Below, piece by piece: positions 30,980 to 41,692 of a DNA stretch of 64,000 nucleotides (position 1 is its first letter; each line of letters starts with the position of its first letter). This stretch comes from Acutalibacteraceae bacterium. Lineage in GTDB: Bacteria; Bacillota; Clostridia; Oscillospirales; Acutalibacteraceae. The stretch is from contig JAZSCV010000005.1 in the NCBI GenBank assembly GCA_045530855.1, positions 3,087 through 67,086 of the forward strand. The letters are read 5' to 3'. Both the position numbers and the translations under genes were made by a program. The notes under the pieces were generated by a model. That model saw only the letters and a list, made by a program, of their open reading frames with translations, ran no database searches and had not been told where the DNA came from.

Positions 30980-33568
30980 TCAACATGCATTTTTCAATGC
31001 TGTACGGGTAGCTGCTCCGACAAGACCATCGACATCAAGACCATGATCTTTTTGAAAAGCTCTGACTGCAGTATCTGTAGCAGGTCCGAAGTTACCTTTA
31101 ACATCACTTGCCTTCATATAGCCCAATTTGCTCAGATGCCATTGCAACCATTTAACACCGTTACCGCTATCGCCTTTAGAAAGCAATGTACTCGGCTCTG
31201 CATATATACAAGTACCGGAGATGGCTTCACTATTGTTGGTGGTAGAAGTTGTTACAGAAACTGTAATCTTTATATAATCCATATGGGCATAGCCGGTGTA
31301 AGATTTCCCGTTAACTGCAAACTGCACCTTATACCAATTATCTGTTTCCCCGAGTATGGCAACAACCTGACCATTGGCGGCAGTTATTAAAACATCTGCA
31401 CTTGTGGTTGGTGATTTTCTTATATTAAGAACACCACTTACTGTTACAACACCGGTCTTGGGTGGTGTACCTTTTGTTTTAGCAGAAACTAAAGGTGTAA
31501 ATTCAGAGCAAGCTCGCATACTCTTGGTTTCGTAGAAAGCACAAATCTTATATTCATACACCGAGCCCTTGGAAAGCCCACTATCAACAAACACCGGTTC
31601 AGTTGTAATGCCAGCAAGCTCAGAGCCGGTTATATTGTTATACCTGTACACAAGGTAACCCTCAGAATTAACAGGATTCCATTTTATCTTGATTTTAGTT
31701 TCCTTTTCTACAACAACAGTAAGTCCCTTTGGCATAGAAGGTGCTGTGCCTGCAACAAAAACATTACTGAAATCTGTGTATATAGTTTCATCTATAGAAT
31801 CTATATAATAGGCTCTTATTTTATACTTTGCTGATGCACCTGAACTAAAACCACTTTCTGTATAGCTTGTAGCTGATGTTACCTTAACACGTTTATATTT
31901 TTCTGTTTTTGCATCATATTTCCATATCTGATAATACTCTGCATTTTTAATTGGTTTCCAGCTTAAAGTAATCGAAGATTTGGTTGCCTCACCTGAGACA
32001 ACAGGTTTAGTTTTCTTAAAAGTTTGTTCAGCCGAATAGTCTGCATTAGGCATTTTAAGGAAAACCGGAATAGAGAAAATCTTTTTGTTTTCCAGAACTC
32101 CGCTTTCATTATACGCTTTATAAGTTTTTTGGCTTTCTGCCGCGGCGGCGCGTATATTTGCCATATACTCGTGTGTATACAGATTTTCAGAGTTAGGGTT
32201 AACATTGAATTTCTGTAAATAGCCCGTAAACTGATTTTCAGAGAAAGAAGTGTAAATATATTTTGCACCATAATAAATTGACCTGTATGGTGAATTCCAC
32301 GGACGACCAAATGTTTTTGATATAGAAACATTTTCAACAGGAATATAGCCTGTAAATTTCTTTCCGTTTATATTTACAGATGCTTTGTAGAATTTTTCTG
32401 TTTTACCAATATAGTTAAGCTCTTTGCCCTTGGGTACTGTTACAACCTTTGTTGACTTAACGGAAGCTTTTGAATACATTTTAGTTTCTGCCTTAGACTT
32501 CATATAGCCGTTTGCCCAACGAAGCCCGTCACCTGCACCTGTATAGGCGCCTATATTGTAATAGTTATAAATTCCGTTGTATGGTGAATTGGTACCGCAA
32601 GAACCACCCGCATAGGATGATTTGCCTGCGCCAACCTCCTGAACAATTTTAGACGCAAGGAAATATGCACTCATACCGCTTTCCTTAGCGGCTCTCATAA
32701 TTGCCTCAGAATACTTTACAGCCACACCATCTTTTTTGTAGGTTTTAAGGTTACCATAAGCATCGTGATACTTTATAGGGCTGTCATACATCCATGTGTT
32801 TTTTAATATTGATTCTACTGCTTTAACTGAATGTGATTCATCATATGCGGTTGTTTCAAACTGAAAGATATACTCTTCTGTTAAGAAATTACGGGGATCA
32901 AGATAATACTCTACAGCCTCTTTAGAAGCACTTACCCAGTTACTTGCTTCCTGAATAACTCCTCTGCAAGAGTTACATGAGCATTTGAAATCAGAGGAAA
33001 CTATATTTTCTATAAGCTGTTTGTTGTGTGGTGTGTGCTCACCCTCAACGGCTTCATCCCAAGTAAGGTTTGTAATAAAAGGCACAAATTCCCATTCGGG
33101 ATACTTCTTGTGGAGTTTAAGAAGATAATCTGTATATGACCTTGTAAAGCCTATTTCCATAAGGTAATCAATATACTCTTCATCTGTCATAGGCTTAGAG
33201 CTGAGTTCTAATACAAGCTTTACATCTTCTATTGAAACAACACCATCAGAATTAACATCTGCCAATGCATTTTTTGATGCCTGCCCTGCGGCAATTTTCA
33301 AGACGATTTTAGCATCGTCTGTGGTTACTTCTCCATCTTTATTAACATCGCCTTTTACAGGTTCAGAAGCTGCTGATGTGGTACTATTTGTTGATGTAGC
33401 AGAATTTTGAGTGCTATCCGTTTTTGGTGTAGCATTCGTTGTATTTTTCTCTGTAGTTGTTTTGCTTGTTGTAGTAACAGCATTAGAAATAATTGCTATA
33501 GGTGTTGTAGCAACACATAATACGACCATAAAGCATAACAAAGTAAGCTTCAAGAATCTTTTCAACAA
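30980..33568 (-). CDS. Secreted multidomain peptidoglycan hydrolase: dockerin + GH73-like glucosaminidase + SH3/FN3 repeats + C-terminal PG-binding domain
   Basis: 862 aa. Signal peptide, Thr/Ser linker, dockerin repeats GDVNKDGEVTTDD / ADVNSDGVVSIED, glucosaminidase-like SAYFLASKIVQEVG, FN3-like repeats, and PG_binding_1-like GDSGNGVKWLQWHLSKLGY...VDGLVGAATRTAL. Confidence 0.75.
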   Translation of the reverse strand: MLKRFLKLTLLCFMVVLCVATTPIAIISNAVTTTSKTTTEKNTTNATPKTDSTQNSATSTNSTTSAASEPVKGDVNKDGEVTTDDAKIVLKIAAGQASKNALADVNSDGVVSIEDVKLVLELSSKPMTDEEYIDYLMEIGFTRSYTDYLLKLHKKYPEWEFVPFITNLTWDEAVEGEHTPHNKQLIENIVSSDFKCSCNSCRGVIQEASNWVSASKEAVEYYLDPRNFLTEEYIFQFETTAYDESHSVKAVESILKNTWMYDSPIKYHDAYGNLKTYKKDGVAVKYSEAIMRAAKESGMSAYFLASKIVQEVGAGKSSYAGGSCGTNSPYNGIYNYYNIGAYTGAGDGLRWANGYMKSKAETKMYSKASVKSTKVVTVPKGKELNYIGKTEKFYKASVNINGKKFTGYIPVENVSISKTFGRPWNSPYRSIYYGAKYIYTSFSENQFTGYLQKFNVNPNSENLYTHEYMANIRAAAAESQKTYKAYNESGVLENKKIFSIPVFLKMPNADYSAEQTFKKTKPVVSGEATKSSITLSWKPIKNAEYYQIWKYDAKTEKYKRVKVTSATSYTESGFSSGASAKYKIRAYYIDSIDETIYTDFSNVFVAGTAPSMPKGLTVVVEKETKIKIKWNPVNSEGYLVYRYNNITGSELAGITTEPVFVDSGLSKGSVYEYKICAFYETKSMRACSEFTPLVSAKTKGTPPKTGVVTVSGVLNIRKSPTTSADVLITAANGQVVAILGETDNWYKVQFAVNGKSYTGYAHMDYIKITVSVTTSTTNNSEAISGTCIYAEPSTLLSKGDSGNGVKWLQWHLSKLGYMKASDVKGNFGPATDTAVRAFQKDHGLDVDGLVGAATRTALKNAC

Positions 33569-33686
33569 TAACCACCACTTTTCTACACATTACGCATTTT
33601 ATTGTATAATAACATATTTAACAGCGGTTAATATTCTGTTTTAGAATATTAACCGCTGTTCATATAAAATTAATATACATTTTTAT

Positions 33687-34493
33687 TTATAATATTTCTT
33701 CAAGCTCATCACTACTAAGAAGAAACTGATCCTCTAAAGTGTCCAACCCAATATGGTCAGTATTATAAATTTTAGGTGCATATAACATTTTCTTTTTCTG
33801 CTTGTTTCTATCTTCCATCTCGTCAGCTATTTTCAAATTATAGCTACGCACAACCATAATACACATTACAACAAAGAACAAGTATTCAATAAGACTTAAA
33901 ATGTACATGGCCGATTCACTTGAGAAAAGCTTCACAAGAAAATCATCTGTTTCTACAAGCTGATATTTGGTAATACAAAAATAAAATGTTCTGTAAACAG
34001 CATAGAAAATACCACTAAAAAAAGCAATAACCTCAAACAAAAACAGCTTACTGTTATCCTTATCTCTGATTAAATATAAAAGAGAAACCATAATAAATAA
34101 AAAGCTGTAGGAACCTGCCGTATTAAAAATACTAAGTAGCAGTTTACTTATAATCTGCCCTGCACCTGCACTATCAGAGGATAAAAAAGCCTGTTCGATA
34201 GGCACTTTTATATAACGTACAACAAAAACAAAAAGAAGAAGGAATTTTAAAAGCTTTATTCTTTTTTTATTAACAAAATCCTTATGGCGCTTATATCCGA
34301 TACCCTCGCCGTTAAGAGCAAGAAATGCAAACACAAGAATTATGAAAAAAGTATAGTTTGCAAGCTTAGTACCGTATATGCCAAGCTCAGCATTAAACCT
34401 TCCTGCAAAAATAAAGGCATTAGCTATAAAAAGAATTATGCCGTTTACCGCAAACAATTTGGCAGAATTTGAAAGATATTCAGATTTCGTCAA
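33687..34493 (-). CDS. Polytopic membrane protein, unknown function
   Basis: 268 aa, about 6 TM helices, acidic C-terminus. Confidence 0.5.
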   Translation of the reverse strand: MTKSEYLSNSAKLFAVNGIILFIANAFIFAGRFNAELGIYGTKLANYTFFIILVFAFLALNGEGIGYKRHKDFVNKKRIKLLKFLLLFVFVVRYIKVPIEQAFLSSDSAGAGQIISKLLLSIFNTAGSYSFLFIMVSLLYLIRDKDNSKLFLFEVIAFFSGIFYAVYRTFYFCITKYQLVETDDFLVKLFSSESAMYILSLIEYLFFVVMCIMVVRSYNLKIADEMEDRNKQKKKMLYAPKIYNTDHIGLDTLEDQFLLSSDELEEIL

Positions 34494-34562
34494 GCTAACC
34501 TCTCACCTTCAACAATAATCGGCGACACAATGTGCCGCCGATTAATTAATTTTGTAATCTGA

Positions 34563-36146
34563 TTATTTTTTCTCAGAAATGCTCATCTGCTGTTTTGCTA
34601 ATTCCTTGATTGCGTCAGCATCACCTGTCATAGCAATCTTAGCAGCTTCATCACGACGCTGAACAAGTTCAACGTACATACGTTCTCTCTTTTCACCGGA
34701 AAGGTCATAGAAGAGAATCGGAATAATACCAAGAAGACCTGTTACTGTAGGAATAATTGTTGCCATTGCAAAGAGACCGAATTTTGTATTATCTGTCTGA
34801 GCTTCGCCTCTTGTGTAAGAAGAAATATCATAGCCGATAAGCTTCTTAAGCTGTAAGGAAAGAGCAGAGTTAAAAATACTTGCAAGCTTCTTTGTAAGGT
34901 CACGAGCAACAGAAGTCATAGCCTCTGTACGATAGCCGTTCTTCCATTCGCAATAGTCCATAGCTTCGTTGTACATTTCGCTTGGAATAACTCGACGAAC
35001 ACCCCAGAACACCATATAAATGGCTTCCTTGATTGCCATAACGAAGAACATTGGCAATACCTTTTTGTATATACCATTATGCTTACCGCCTATCATACCA
35101 ATAAGGAATACAGGAATATCAAGGAGTGGCTGGCTCTTTGTACCAAGAAGGTAAAGAACCTTTGTTGAGAATTTTCTTCTGAACCATGGTACAAGTGAGA
35201 ATGAGAATGGGTTAATGATAGCACCCGGAATACCTGCAACCATTGTCATAGAAGCAAAGTTAAGAACGTCTATGTAGTAGTCGTTTATGCTACCACCAAC
35301 ACTGAAGCTTGAAAGAGTTTCGGAAAGTGTAAGCAAGAGAATTGGTTTGTTGTTAACAACAGATTTAATACCCTGCATAATACTTGGGGTTTCAACAGAC
35401 TGCATAACTCTTTCTCTTGTCATAACGCAGAAGATAAGTGATGCAACACCACTTACAATAGCGGTAAAGTTACCCATAAACATAAATGTTGATGTGTAAG
35501 AAAGGTTGATAACCTTGTTACCGATAAGGTCAAGCAAAACAGTCAAAATCTGTTGCGGCAGCTTTTCACCCAAAAGACCTGAGAAGAATTCCGCAACCGT
35601 TATAAGACGGGTTCGGTCTACAGGGTGAGGCGTTATGGTAGCCAACATACCGGTTTTTGCAATTGCACGGAAGGTACCTGCACCCTCACGGACGATAGCA
35701 AGAAGGAAGTATGTAATAAACTTACCCATATCTCTTGAGCCCTTACCTTTAAAGAGCATTGGAAGAAGCCAATAGAAGCAAGTACCCAATGTACCGGGGA
35801 TACCCAATGCAACAAGATATGGTTTGAACTTACCCCACCTTGTACGGGTTTTTTCAACAATAGCGGCTGTAAAGACGTCGTTAATAACATCCCAAAAGCC
35901 ATTGAACACATTAACAATTGTCTGGAAGTCAAGGTCGATTTGAAGAATGTTTGTAATGAAACGATCGTTGAAGGAGTCGATATTGAAGCTTTGACACATA
36001 TCGTAAACAACGTACCATATGGTCTCCCTCATACCAACATATCTTCGGTTTTCATAAACGTACTCTCTGGAAGCAGAGTCTACGCCTGTTGTTTCAGCAG
36101 AAACATTCTCTTTGACTTCGATATTTTCGTTTGCCAAAAAAGACAC
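34563..36146 (-). CDS. GPH/MFS-2 family sugar:cation symporter
   Basis: 527 aa. GPH-type loop WDVINDVFTAAIVEKTRTRWGKFKPY. Confidence 0.75.
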   Translation of the reverse strand: MSFLANENIEVKENVSAETTGVDSASREYVYENRRYVGMRETIWYVVYDMCQSFNIDSFNDRFITNILQIDLDFQTIVNVFNGFWDVINDVFTAAIVEKTRTRWGKFKPYLVALGIPGTLGTCFYWLLPMLFKGKGSRDMGKFITYFLLAIVREGAGTFRAIAKTGMLATITPHPVDRTRLITVAEFFSGLLGEKLPQQILTVLLDLIGNKVINLSYTSTFMFMGNFTAIVSGVASLIFCVMTRERVMQSVETPSIMQGIKSVVNNKPILLLTLSETLSSFSVGGSINDYYIDVLNFASMTMVAGIPGAIINPFSFSLVPWFRRKFSTKVLYLLGTKSQPLLDIPVFLIGMIGGKHNGIYKKVLPMFFVMAIKEAIYMVFWGVRRVIPSEMYNEAMDYCEWKNGYRTEAMTSVARDLTKKLASIFNSALSLQLKKLIGYDISSYTRGEAQTDNTKFGLFAMATIIPTVTGLLGIIPILFYDLSGEKRERMYVELVQRRDEAAKIAMTGDADAIKELAKQQMSISEKK

Positions 36147-36308
36147 CTCCGCAGTTGCAGTATATTCTTAAGCATACCACACCATTTATAAAGCAGATTA
36201 TAACACAGTACGCAACTCTTTGCAATAAAAAATTTATATTTTAATTTCAAGAATAACAACCTTGTGGAAAACATCAAAATTTTGAACAGTTGTTTGTTAA
36301 AATTAACA

Positions 36309-36338
36309 ACAAAAAAGCAGACTGCACAATCAGTCTGC
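36309..36338 (-). terminator. Terminator of the amino-acid ABC operon
   Basis: Stem gcagactg/cagtctgc followed by T6 on the minus strand. Confidence 0.6.
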
Positions 36339-36347
36339 ATAATTTGT

Positions 36348-37115
36348 TTAAATAAGAACTTTGCTGAGAAATGATTTAAGTCTTTCAGACTGTGGATTGT
36401 TGAAAATTTCATCAGGTGTGCCATCCTCAACAATAACACCTTCATCCATAAATATAACTCTGTCTGCAACCTCTTTTGCAAAACCCATTTCGTGTGTAAC
36501 AACAGCCATTGTCATACCCTGATCTGCAAGGTCCTTCATAACATCAAGAACCTCACCAACCATTTCGGGGTCAAGAGCAGATGTAGGCTCGTCAAAAAGC
36601 ATTACCTCCGGCTCCATACAAAGAGCGCGCACAATTGCAATTCTTTGCTTCTGACCGCCTGAAAGCTGTTGAGGGTAAGCATGCGCTCTGTCTGCAAGGC
36701 CAACCTTTTCAAGAAGCTCCATAGCCTTCTTTTCTGCTTCTGCCTGACTTTTACCCAAAATCTTAACAGGAGCTAAGGTCATATTCTTAAGAATATCCAT
36801 ATTAGGGAACAAATTAAAGTGTTGGAATACCATTCCCATTTTTTGACGATGCTTGTTTATGTTTGCTTTTTTAGAGGTAATTTCCTCACCATCAAAAACA
36901 ATACTGCCTGATGTAGGAATTTCAAGAAGGTTAAGAGAGCGCAACAATGTACTTTTACCGCTTCCCGAAGGTCCGATTATAACAACCTTTTCACCCTTGA
37001 GAATTTCGCAATTTATACCATCAAGCGCCTTAACCTTACCTCCCATATAGTGCTTTTTAAGGTCAGTTACTTTTATTAAAGCTTTATCGTTCACTCTTAC
37101 GCAACCTCCTCTCAA
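36348..37115 (-). CDS. Amino-acid ABC transporter ATP-binding protein
   Basis: Walker [10 protein letters not shown], signature LSGGQKQR, Walker [12 protein letters not shown]. The true start may be the GTG at 37094. Confidence 0.9.
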   Translation of the reverse strand: MRGGCVRVNDKALIKVTDLKKHYMGGKVKALDGINCEILKGEKVVIIGPSGSGKSTLLRSLNLLEIPTSGSIVFDGEEITSKKANINKHRQKMGMVFQHFNLFPNMDILKNMTLAPVKILGKSQAEAEKKAMELLEKVGLADRAHAYPQQLSGGQKQRIAIVRALCMEPEVMLFDEPTSALDPEMVGEVLDVMKDLADQGMTMAVVTHEMGFAKEVADRVIFMDEGVIVEDGTPDEIFNNPQSERLKSFLSKVLI

Positions 37116-37827
37116 GCTTGCCTACAAGTGATGTAAGAAGCATAACTATAACAAGATAAATAATTGCAACAGCAAAAAGTGGTAGGAACGCTTCAAAGGT
37201 ACGCCCTCTTATAAGGTCACCTGCTTTTGTAAGATCCTCTATACCAACATAACCTGCGATTGATGTTTCTTTAATTAAAACGATAAACTCGTTACAAAGA
37301 GTAGGTAATACAACCTTGAACATCTGAGGAATTATTATGTAGCGCATTGTCTGGATATAATTAAAGCCAAGGCTTCTGCCCGCCTCAAACTGTCCGTTAT
37401 CAATAGACATAATACCTGAACGGAATATTTCTGCTACATATGCACCTGAATTTATACCAAAACAAAGCATAGCAACAGGAACGCCATCGGAAACTGAAGG
37501 CAAAATAATAAAGTAAAAAATAAGAAGTTGAACAACCACTGGTGTACCACGGAATATTGTTAAGTATACCTTACATATTTTGTTAAGGATTACAAGAATC
37601 CAATAACCTATACCACCATGCAATTTCATTGCATCCTTGTTTTTATCAAAGGAAGAACGTATTGCAGCAACAACTATACCTATAGCGATGCCTATAACCA
37701 ATGAAACGGCGGTAATCTTCATTGTTGCTCCCAGACCCTCAACAAGCCATTTCCAACGCTCACCATCTATAAAAACATCATAGAATTTTTCTGCAAATTG
37801 TGTAAACTCTTGCGTTAAACTATCCAC
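37084..37827 (-). CDS. Amino-acid ABC transporter permease
   Basis: 247 aa. EAA-loop [22 protein letters not shown]. Confidence 0.85.
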   Translation of the reverse strand: MDSLTQEFTQFAEKFYDVFIDGERWKWLVEGLGATMKITAVSLVIGIAIGIVVAAIRSSFDKNKDAMKLHGGIGYWILVILNKICKVYLTIFRGTPVVVQLLIFYFIILPSVSDGVPVAMLCFGINSGAYVAEIFRSGIMSIDNGQFEAGRSLGFNYIQTMRYIIIPQMFKVVLPTLCNEFIVLIKETSIAGYVGIEDLTKAGDLIRGRTFEAFLPLFAVAIIYLVIVMLLTSLVGKLERRLRKSER

Positions 37828-37890
37828 GATTCTGTCCTTTCACATAAAACAAGGGCGAGAAACTCCCGCCCTCTTAAATTTAATCAATAA

Positions 37891-38727
37891 TTATTCTGCA
37901 GGGATATATTTGTCAATAATACCCTGAATTGTACCATCTTTTGTAAGCTCATCAAGAGCTTTGTTGATGTTATTAAGAAGCTCTGTGTTTTCCTTTGCAA
38001 TACAAATTGCATAATCTTCTTCAATGTAAGATGTTTCAAGAATCTTAAGACCTTCTGTTGCCTTTACGAAAGACTTTGCAGGTTCGTTATCAATAATAAC
38101 TGCAGTAACCTTACCTGTTTTAAGAGCCTGAACAGCATCAGCACCTGTTTTGAAACGAACTACATTAGCTTCTTCAAAACCCCACTTTGCAACTGTATCA
38201 GATGAGTAAATATCACCTGTTGTATCCTGCTGAACACCAATCTTAATACCTTTTTTAACACCGGTAGGATTACCCTCTTCGTCAAAGCCTGTGTAGAAAT
38301 CTTCGTATGATGTATATTCACTATCTGCAGCAACAATAACTGACTGAACACCATGGGCATATACATTAGAGAAATTAACGCTCTCAAGTCTTTCTGGTGT
38401 AACTGTCATACCAGCCATACCCATATCGTACTTACCAGTCTGAACACCACCAACAATTGAGCCGAATTCTGTATCAACAATTTCAAGTTCCATACCAAGT
38501 TTGAATGCGATAGCTTCAGCAATTTCTGCATCGATACCTACAATTTTGTCGCCCTCTTTGTATTCGTATGGAGGGAAAGCTGCATTTGTAGCCATTGTAA
38601 GAACTGCCTTTTCAGGAGCTTCTGTTGTTGTGTCATTGTTTGCTGCAGGCTCCTTGCCACATGCTGCAAAGCAAGCAACTAAAGCAATAACAAGAACGAT
38701 TGAAGTAATTTTTAAAAACTTTTTCAT
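37891..38727 (-). CDS. Amino-acid ABC transporter substrate-binding lipoprotein
   Basis: 278 aa. Lipobox FAAC-G and type-3 SBP pattern (GIDAEIAEAIA..., IIDNEPAK). Confidence 0.85.
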   Translation of the reverse strand: MKKFLKITSIVLVIALVACFAACGKEPAANNDTTTEAPEKAVLTMATNAAFPPYEYKEGDKIVGIDAEIAEAIAFKLGMELEIVDTEFGSIVGGVQTGKYDMGMAGMTVTPERLESVNFSNVYAHGVQSVIVAADSEYTSYEDFYTGFDEEGNPTGVKKGIKIGVQQDTTGDIYSSDTVAKWGFEEANVVRFKTGADAVQALKTGKVTAVIIDNEPAKSFVKATEGLKILETSYIEEDYAICIAKENTELLNNINKALDELTKDGTIQGIIDKYIPAE

Positions 38728-38950
38728 TGTTAAAACCTCACTTTTTTATTAGCACACTTGTGCTTCGTGAGTGCATTATATAACTTTATACAGAAAATTG
38801 CAACACTTTTTGGAAATTTATACATAATTATACAATCAAGCTGAATACTTCACAAAACAAAAATTAACAATTTAGTAAACATTTTATGTATACAAAACAA
38901 GAAATATATAGTATAATATTGTTAATTATCGTAACTACAAGGAAAATTTT

Positions 38951-39640
38951 ATGGTTTACTTACGCATTATAGGCTTAATTTTTTTAGGTGTTTTGTTTTT
39001 TGTACAGCTTCTTACCGCATCCTGGTATGACCTTGTAAAAAAAACAGGTGATAAGAAAAAAACTTTCAAGCACAAAATTATATGCTCCGCTATTTACATA
39101 GCCTCATTTCTGGTGTGCATATCAATAAGCATTGGCTTCAGAGGAATATATGCCATTCTTTTCGGAATTGCCCTTTCGCTCCTTTTTATCCACGATATTA
39201 TGCAAGAACAAAGCAAAAAGGCTTGTGGCATTATCTCCTCTATGCTTTCCTCTTTAGCATACATACTTATTTCAACAGCATTTTTTTACAAAAATAATAA
39301 TCTGTTTGATTTTGCACCTTTCTCGCCCCTTGTATGCATAGCTATTCCGGTTGCAGTTTCTGTATTGTGTATACTGCTGAGCTTCAAAACTAAAAAAGCA
39401 CCACCAATAATTGCTTGCATTTATATGGTTGCAAATGCCATTATGCTGGGCTCGGCTCTACAGAATTCGGGTGAAGGGTTGTTCCAGGGAGCAAGCTGTG
39501 CCGTAATTATGGGCTCACTTGCACTTGCGGTAGCTACTATTTTACCTGTCATAGACACACAAGACAAAAAAAGCTTACTCAGAACAAACCTTTATTATTT
39601 CGGACTTATGTTTATTTCCTGCTCTGTTGCAGTTTTATAA
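38951..39640 (+). CDS. Polytopic membrane protein, unknown function
   Basis: 229 aa, about 7 TM helices. Confidence 0.5.
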   Translation: MVYLRIIGLIFLGVLFFVQLLTASWYDLVKKTGDKKKTFKHKIICSAIYIASFLVCISISIGFRGIYAILFGIALSLLFIHDIMQEQSKKACGIISSMLSSLAYILISTAFFYKNNNLFDFAPFSPLVCIAIPVAVSVLCILLSFKTKKAPPIIACIYMVANAIMLGSALQNSGEGLFQGASCAVIMGSLALAVATILPVIDTQDKKSLLRTNLYYFGLMFISCSVAVL

Positions 39641-39652
39641 AAGGAGATTACA

Positions 39653-40726
39653 ATGAAAAAACTTATATCTGTTATTCTCGCATTAATGCTCATAATATCA
39701 CTTGTTCCTGTAGCAAGTGCCGCTGAATACAACGGCTTTGTGTACAAGAAAAACTCTGTCGGAAACTATGTTATTATGGGATTTACAGATTATTCCGCAA
39801 AAGCTGTCAAGATTCCTGAAAAAATCAAAGGAATCAAGGTTACCGCTGTTGGCAGAGGTGCTTTCCAGCAAATGAACAACATTACTTCAGTTGTGATACC
39901 CTCAACTGTAAGTGTGATTTCCTCAATGTCATTTTATGGTTGTCAGAATCTTACATCCGTAACCTTAAGTGATGCCGTTACGTCTATAGGCTCAAAAGCT
40001 TTTGGTATGTGCACAAAGCTTAAAGGTATAAACCTTAAAAAGGTACAGACTGTTGGAGAGCATGCCTTTTTTGGTTGCAAATCTCTTAAAACTCTTAAAT
40101 GTGGTACTGCTTTAAAAGTTATTGGTGCATATGCTTTTGAAAATTGCTCTGCATTAGACACACTCACGCAGTCCTCTGCTCTTATTTATATTGGTAGCTA
40201 TGCATTTTCAGGATGTTCTTCTATTGCATCTTTATCATTACCTAAAAGCCTTACTTATATCGGAAACAGCGCATTCAAAAACTGTACCGCACTTAAAACG
40301 TTGAAACTCGGCTCAGGTGCAATGGATATTGATGCATACGCTTTTGAAAACTGTACATCTCTCACTGCTGTTACTATTCCTAAAACTGTTAAATCAATAG
40401 GCAGATACGCTTTTGCATTAAGAGAAGCAAACTCCACTAAATTTACACACAAAGTAAAATTGACATGTAGCCGTTATGCCCCGGGTATGGCATATGCAAA
40501 AATGCATAATGTTACTGTTTATGTAAATGAGCTTAATAAAACAATTACATGCTTTGGCGACATCAATGGTAACCAAAAAGCTGACACCAACGACGGACTT
40601 CGTCTTCTTCGTATTGCCGCCTCTATGGATAACACTATTTCAGGTGAAAAGCTTTTCCTTTGTGACATTAACTGCAACGGGAAAATCGATGTTGGCGATG
40701 CAAACTATGTATTGCTTAATTCTTAA
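39653..40726 (+). CDS. BspA-type leucine-rich-repeat surface protein with C-terminal dockerin
   Basis: 357 aa. Signal peptide, about 8 repeats of the pattern I(G/S)xxAFxxCxxLxxV/I, and C-terminal dockerin GDINGNQKADTNDG...CDINCNGKIDVGDA. Confidence 0.8.
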   Translation: MKKLISVILALMLIISLVPVASAAEYNGFVYKKNSVGNYVIMGFTDYSAKAVKIPEKIKGIKVTAVGRGAFQQMNNITSVVIPSTVSVISSMSFYGCQNLTSVTLSDAVTSIGSKAFGMCTKLKGINLKKVQTVGEHAFFGCKSLKTLKCGTALKVIGAYAFENCSALDTLTQSSALIYIGSYAFSGCSSIASLSLPKSLTYIGNSAFKNCTALKTLKLGSGAMDIDAYAFENCTSLTAVTIPKTVKSIGRYAFALREANSTKFTHKVKLTCSRYAPGMAYAKMHNVTVYVNELNKTITCFGDINGNQKADTNDGLRLLRIAASMDNTISGEKLFLCDINCNGKIDVGDANYVLLNS

Positions 40727-41400
40727 ACTTTTTTCTCAACAATAAACCCATTAAACCCTGCTTTTTGTAACAGTTTAAGCTGTTTTTCTGCATTACTTCT
40801 GTTACTGAAAGCACCTGTTTGCACAGCATACAACGTTCCGTTTTTTGACGGAGCGTTGTTTTTTTCTGCAGGCAACTTTACTCCGTAATAATTACAAACA
40901 CCTTTTGCGATCGCCTCACCTATAGCGGTTGTGTTTTTTATAATGAAATCTGAACCTTGTTTTGTATCGTGAAATTCGCATTCACAATACACGGCAAGGG
41001 CAGATGTACTGTTACACTCGTAAAAATCCGGCTTCGCAATTAATCGTTCTGCACTTTCACCCGGTGTAAGAGGACTAAGACTGTCAAAAACCGCCTGACC
41101 GGCTTTTGCCCTTTCTCCGGTTACTGAATACAACAAAATTTGCGTACCGCCTGTTACATTATGCTTTGCGGTAGCATTAGTATGAATTGCAATGTGCATA
41201 TCTGCTCGAAAATGATTACTCTCTCTTACTCTTTCGTACATATCATTATTGTATGTACATTTAACCTGAAAGCCTGATTTTTCGAGATATTCTACACACG
41301 CCTTTGCAATTTTGTGGCATTGCTCTTTTTCATTTGTGTTACCTGTTGCATAAACATTGCCACTTTGGTTACTTGGCGAAATATATATTTTCTTACTCAG
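40723..41400 (-). CDS. Endolysin: N-acetylmuramoyl-L-alanine amidase (Amidase_3-type) with C-terminal SPOR domain; no canonical start codon
   Basis: The conserved N-terminus KKIYISPSNQSGNVYATG...ADMHIAIHTNA lies upstream of the track's first Met (41241). The frame opens after TGA at 41409-41407 and contains no ATG/GTG/TTG before 41241. CTG at 41400 lies 9 nt after AAGGCGGTG. SPOR: YAVQTGAFSNRSNAEKQLKLLQKAGFNGFIV. Confidence 0.7.
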   Translation of the reverse strand: MSKKIYISPSNQSGNVYATGNTNEKEQCHKIAKACVEYLEKSGFQVKCTYNNDMYERVRESNHFRADMHIAIHTNATAKHNVTGGTQILLYSVTGERAKAGQAVFDSLSPLTPGESAERLIAKPDFYECNSTSALAVYCECEFHDTKQGSDFIIKNTTAIGEAIAKGVCNYYGVKLPAEKNNAPSKNGTLYAVQTGAFSNRSNAEKQLKLLQKAGFNGFIVEKKV

Positions 41401-41692
41401 AGTATGTCACCGCCTTAGAATCATTCTCATTACTGTAATAAGTCATTGCCCTGTCACTATCAGATATGCCTGTGGTAGTAGGGTCAACCACAACACCAAT
41501 TACTGCTAAAACATTTACTAATATACCGCTCAACTCCAATATTTCATTTTCTGACACAGCAGGAAAAACATCTGCAAGCGCCAGAAGTCTGTATACAAAC
41601 GATACCGTCAAAGTTATTGCACTTATAAGGAATGCTTTATTTTTTAATCTTGCTTTAATATTTATTTTCAAATTATCATCTCCTACAACCAT
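41393..41692 (-). CDS. Holin, phi-LC3 family-like
   Basis: 99 aa. RLKNKAFLISAI..., two TM helices and VVDPTTTGISDSDRAMTY, the hallmark of phiLC3-type holins. Confidence 0.7.
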   Translation of the reverse strand: MVVGDDNLKINIKARLKNKAFLISAITLTVSFVYRLLALADVFPAVSENEILELSGILVNVLAVIGVVVDPTTTGISDSDRAMTYYSNENDSKAVTYSE

